Sequence record: MZ501109
Length of the DNA stretch: 64,000 nt
Direction: 5' to 3' (one strand)
DNA from: Escherichia phage TrudiRoth
Under the pieces are notes generated by a model. The model was not told the origin of the DNA. It searched no databases and saw only the letters and a program-made list of their open reading frames with translations. The position numbers were made by a program, and so were the translations under genes. Shown here piece after piece: positions 62,324 to 64,000 of the stretch. The first letter of the stretch is position 1. The number at the start of each line of letters is the position of its first letter.

Positions 62324-62575
62324 ATGGAAAACATGACTAAAACTGAAATGGCAAACGTATTGGCTATCCTGCTGGACATGCAAGGGTTTGAAGGTCAGCT
62401 CATGAAGATGTCTATTCCGGCAATGAAAAAGATGTACGATTCTCTGAACAAGAATGCTATGGCATTCAACCTCGCAAAACAGGAAGCACGTTTTGCGAAA
62501 GAGCATCAAGCAACTGCCGAACGTCGTGCAGCATCTTTTGAGCGTGAAGTTAAGCAACTAAAAGGTAAGAAATAA
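62324..62575 (+). CDS. hypothetical protein (about 83 aa)
   Basis: Track ORF 62306..62575; start moved past the RBS. Confidence 0.5.
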   Translation: MENMTKTEMANVLAILLDMQGFEGQLMKMSIPAMKKMYDSLNKNAMAFNLAKQEARFAKEHQATAERRAASFEREVKQLKGKK

Positions 62576-62949
62576 TGACTAACGGAAAATTCTTACTTGT
62601 ACTAGGGCTGAATGCCCTAGTTTCCCTGGCTATCACGCTTGGTGTTACCGATTTCACGCTCAACCAGCGTGAGAAGATGGAGGACTTACCTTTATCCTTC
62701 TCAGCGGTTGAATATACTAACCAAGAAGCAGATGTTATACGTTACCAAGCTAACCTAGACGAGGGTCTTTCGAAGTATTCTGGTGTGGAAGTTTTTGATG
62801 CGTATAAACTGAATGATATCGCTGAAGCTAAGCTTCAGATTGAAGAAGGTAAACTCTTCTGTAAAGCAAGTAACTCATCCCTAGTAAAAATTAAGTTTTA
62901 TGAAACTATAAGCCCCTACATTAAATGTAGTAATGGAGTAACGGATTAA
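62575..62949 (+). CDS. hypothetical protein with N-terminal hydrophobic segment (124 aa)
   Basis: ORF track. Confidence 0.5.
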   Translation: MTNGKFLLVLGLNALVSLAITLGVTDFTLNQREKMEDLPLSFSAVEYTNQEADVIRYQANLDEGLSKYSGVEVFDAYKLNDIAEAKLQIEEGKLFCKASNSSLVKIKFYETISPYIKCSNGVTD

Positions 62950-63230
62950 TGATTACAGAAATTTTAATTGGATTGCTGGTTCTCACGACTTTAGCAGCAA
63001 TTGGCGGAATCATTGGCATTATTAATGCTAATAAAAATATGGATAGGATGCGCCTCACTAATGATGGGCTAGTTAAACGTCTCGTTGAACAGGAAGAAGA
63101 TATCGAATTAGCACAAAGACGCTCAGATCTTCTTAAAGAAAAGCTAACGAATATTGAAACTCTTGTTGGTAACACTAAACTTCCTATTAAAGTCCTGCGC
63201 GCTCAGGTAATCACGGAGATTAAGAAATGA
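62949..63230 (+). CDS. small membrane protein with coiled coil (93 aa)
   Basis: N-terminal TM helix. Confidence 0.5.
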   Translation: MITEILIGLLVLTTLAAIGGIIGIINANKNMDRMRLTNDGLVKRLVEQEEDIELAQRRSDLLKEKLTNIETLVGNTKLPIKVLRAQVITEIKK

Positions 63231-63472
63231 TGTTAATTATCTTAGCTTTTTATCTGGTTATTGTTGGTGTTCTGGTTACTAAGTATCATACCTGGATCCC
63301 GAAGAACGTTGCTAAAGTAGCACTGTTTGTTCTGCCAGTTCCTATCATCATCGTTGCAATGCTGTTCACGATGTTGGCTGGTAAAGTGACAAAAACCGAC
63401 GTTAAACGCATTGTAGATGAACTACAGCAATCTTCTGACCTGATCGAGGATATTCTGAAAGATGAAGCTTAA
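63227..63472 (+). CDS. small membrane protein (81 aa)
   Basis: Two hydrophobic helices. Confidence 0.5.
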   Translation: MMLIILAFYLVIVGVLVTKYHTWIPKNVAKVALFVLPVPIIIVAMLFTMLAGKVTKTDVKRIVDELQQSSDLIEDILKDEA

Positions 63473-63794
63473 TTTTAGTGAATTAACCCTGCTGGACGAG
63501 TTTCTAGGTTTTGTTACTGAACGTGGGTTTATTAATGTAGATCCTCAGACACTAGAAGTTCTGCAATCTATCCAGAATAAAACTAGAACAGATCTAGAAG
63601 ACTTATGGCGACCGCTTTCTGAGCTAACTCCTCTTAACATGAAAGTGATTGTTAAAAATATTGAAACTGGTGAAGAACGCGAAATGGTTCGTAAAGAACT
63701 GGCTAATAGTTATTCTCCAGAGTCCTTAGTAATGCATCATGACGATGAACCAGAAACACTTTGGACAGCCCATTACGTTTGGCGTCTGCCTTGA
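63462..63794 (+). CDS. hypothetical protein (110 aa)
   Basis: ORF track. Confidence 0.5.
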   Translation: MKLNFSELTLLDEFLGFVTERGFINVDPQTLEVLQSIQNKTRTDLEDLWRPLSELTPLNMKVIVKNIETGEEREMVRKELANSYSPESLVMHHDDEPETLWTAHYVWRLP

Positions 63795-63895
63795 TTGATT
63801 TAACAACTGTTACGGCAATCCTAGTCTTCGGTTTAGTGGTTGCCGTTTTCATAATAGTTGAGCAGGCCAAAGTAATACGGAGACTTAAAAATAGA

Positions 63896-64000
63896 TGATT
63901 AATTTTTATAACCCTAAATTGCAGAAAGCAACGTGGGATTACTTTATAATTCTACCAGCTTTTATGTTAAGTTGTGCAATCATTAACATTATGTATCAAG
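63896..64000 (+). CDS. membrane protein, partial (continues beyond window end)
   Basis: Own translation MINFYNPKLQKATWDYFIILPAFMLSCAIINIMYQ... Confidence 0.3.

Noticed and set aside
1-64000. Prophage integration signals (integrase, att sites) or host genes
   Set aside because: None found; gene content is uniformly lytic-phage early-region type.

Overview
The window reads as the early/replication region of a T5-like siphovirus (Tequintavirus-type), judged from gene content and order alone; no database search was possible. Left third (1-21040) is a minus-strand block: truncated SF2 helicase, family-A DNA polymerase (855 aa), primase, DnaB-like helicase, an NAD-dependent DNA ligase encoded as two separate ORFs, a 970-aa helicase-domain protein, a HAD phosphatase, a Sir2-like protein and anaerobic RNR NrdD. 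The remainder is a plus-strand block: PhoH, nrdA-[HNH]-nrdB, DHFR, thymidylate synthase, RNase H, a NadR-like/PnuC-like NAD salvage pair, about 25 tRNA genes interleaved with small ORFs and six homing-endonuclease-like genes, GrcA, dNMP kinase, ClpP-like and HslV-like proteins, and a holin/endolysin pair. Nearly every transcription unit is preceded by the same promoter-leader cassette (TTGCTT/A, 17-bp spacer, TATAAT, then ATAAATTGATGAGAGG and ATG), and many end in clean hairpin terminators. The most interesting unexplained signals are several promoter-driven ORF-free stretches of 0.3-0.9 kb in the tRNA cluster with tRNA-like hairpins, a tRNA-Leu-like gene carrying a ~40-nt insertion in its anticodon arm, other non-canonical tRNAs, and a phosphoesterase gene broken by an 8-bp tandem duplication. 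All tRNA folds were done by hand, so boundaries are +/-2 nt and isotypes are provisional; tRNAscan-SE/Infernal and BLAST/HMM searches are the decisive checks.
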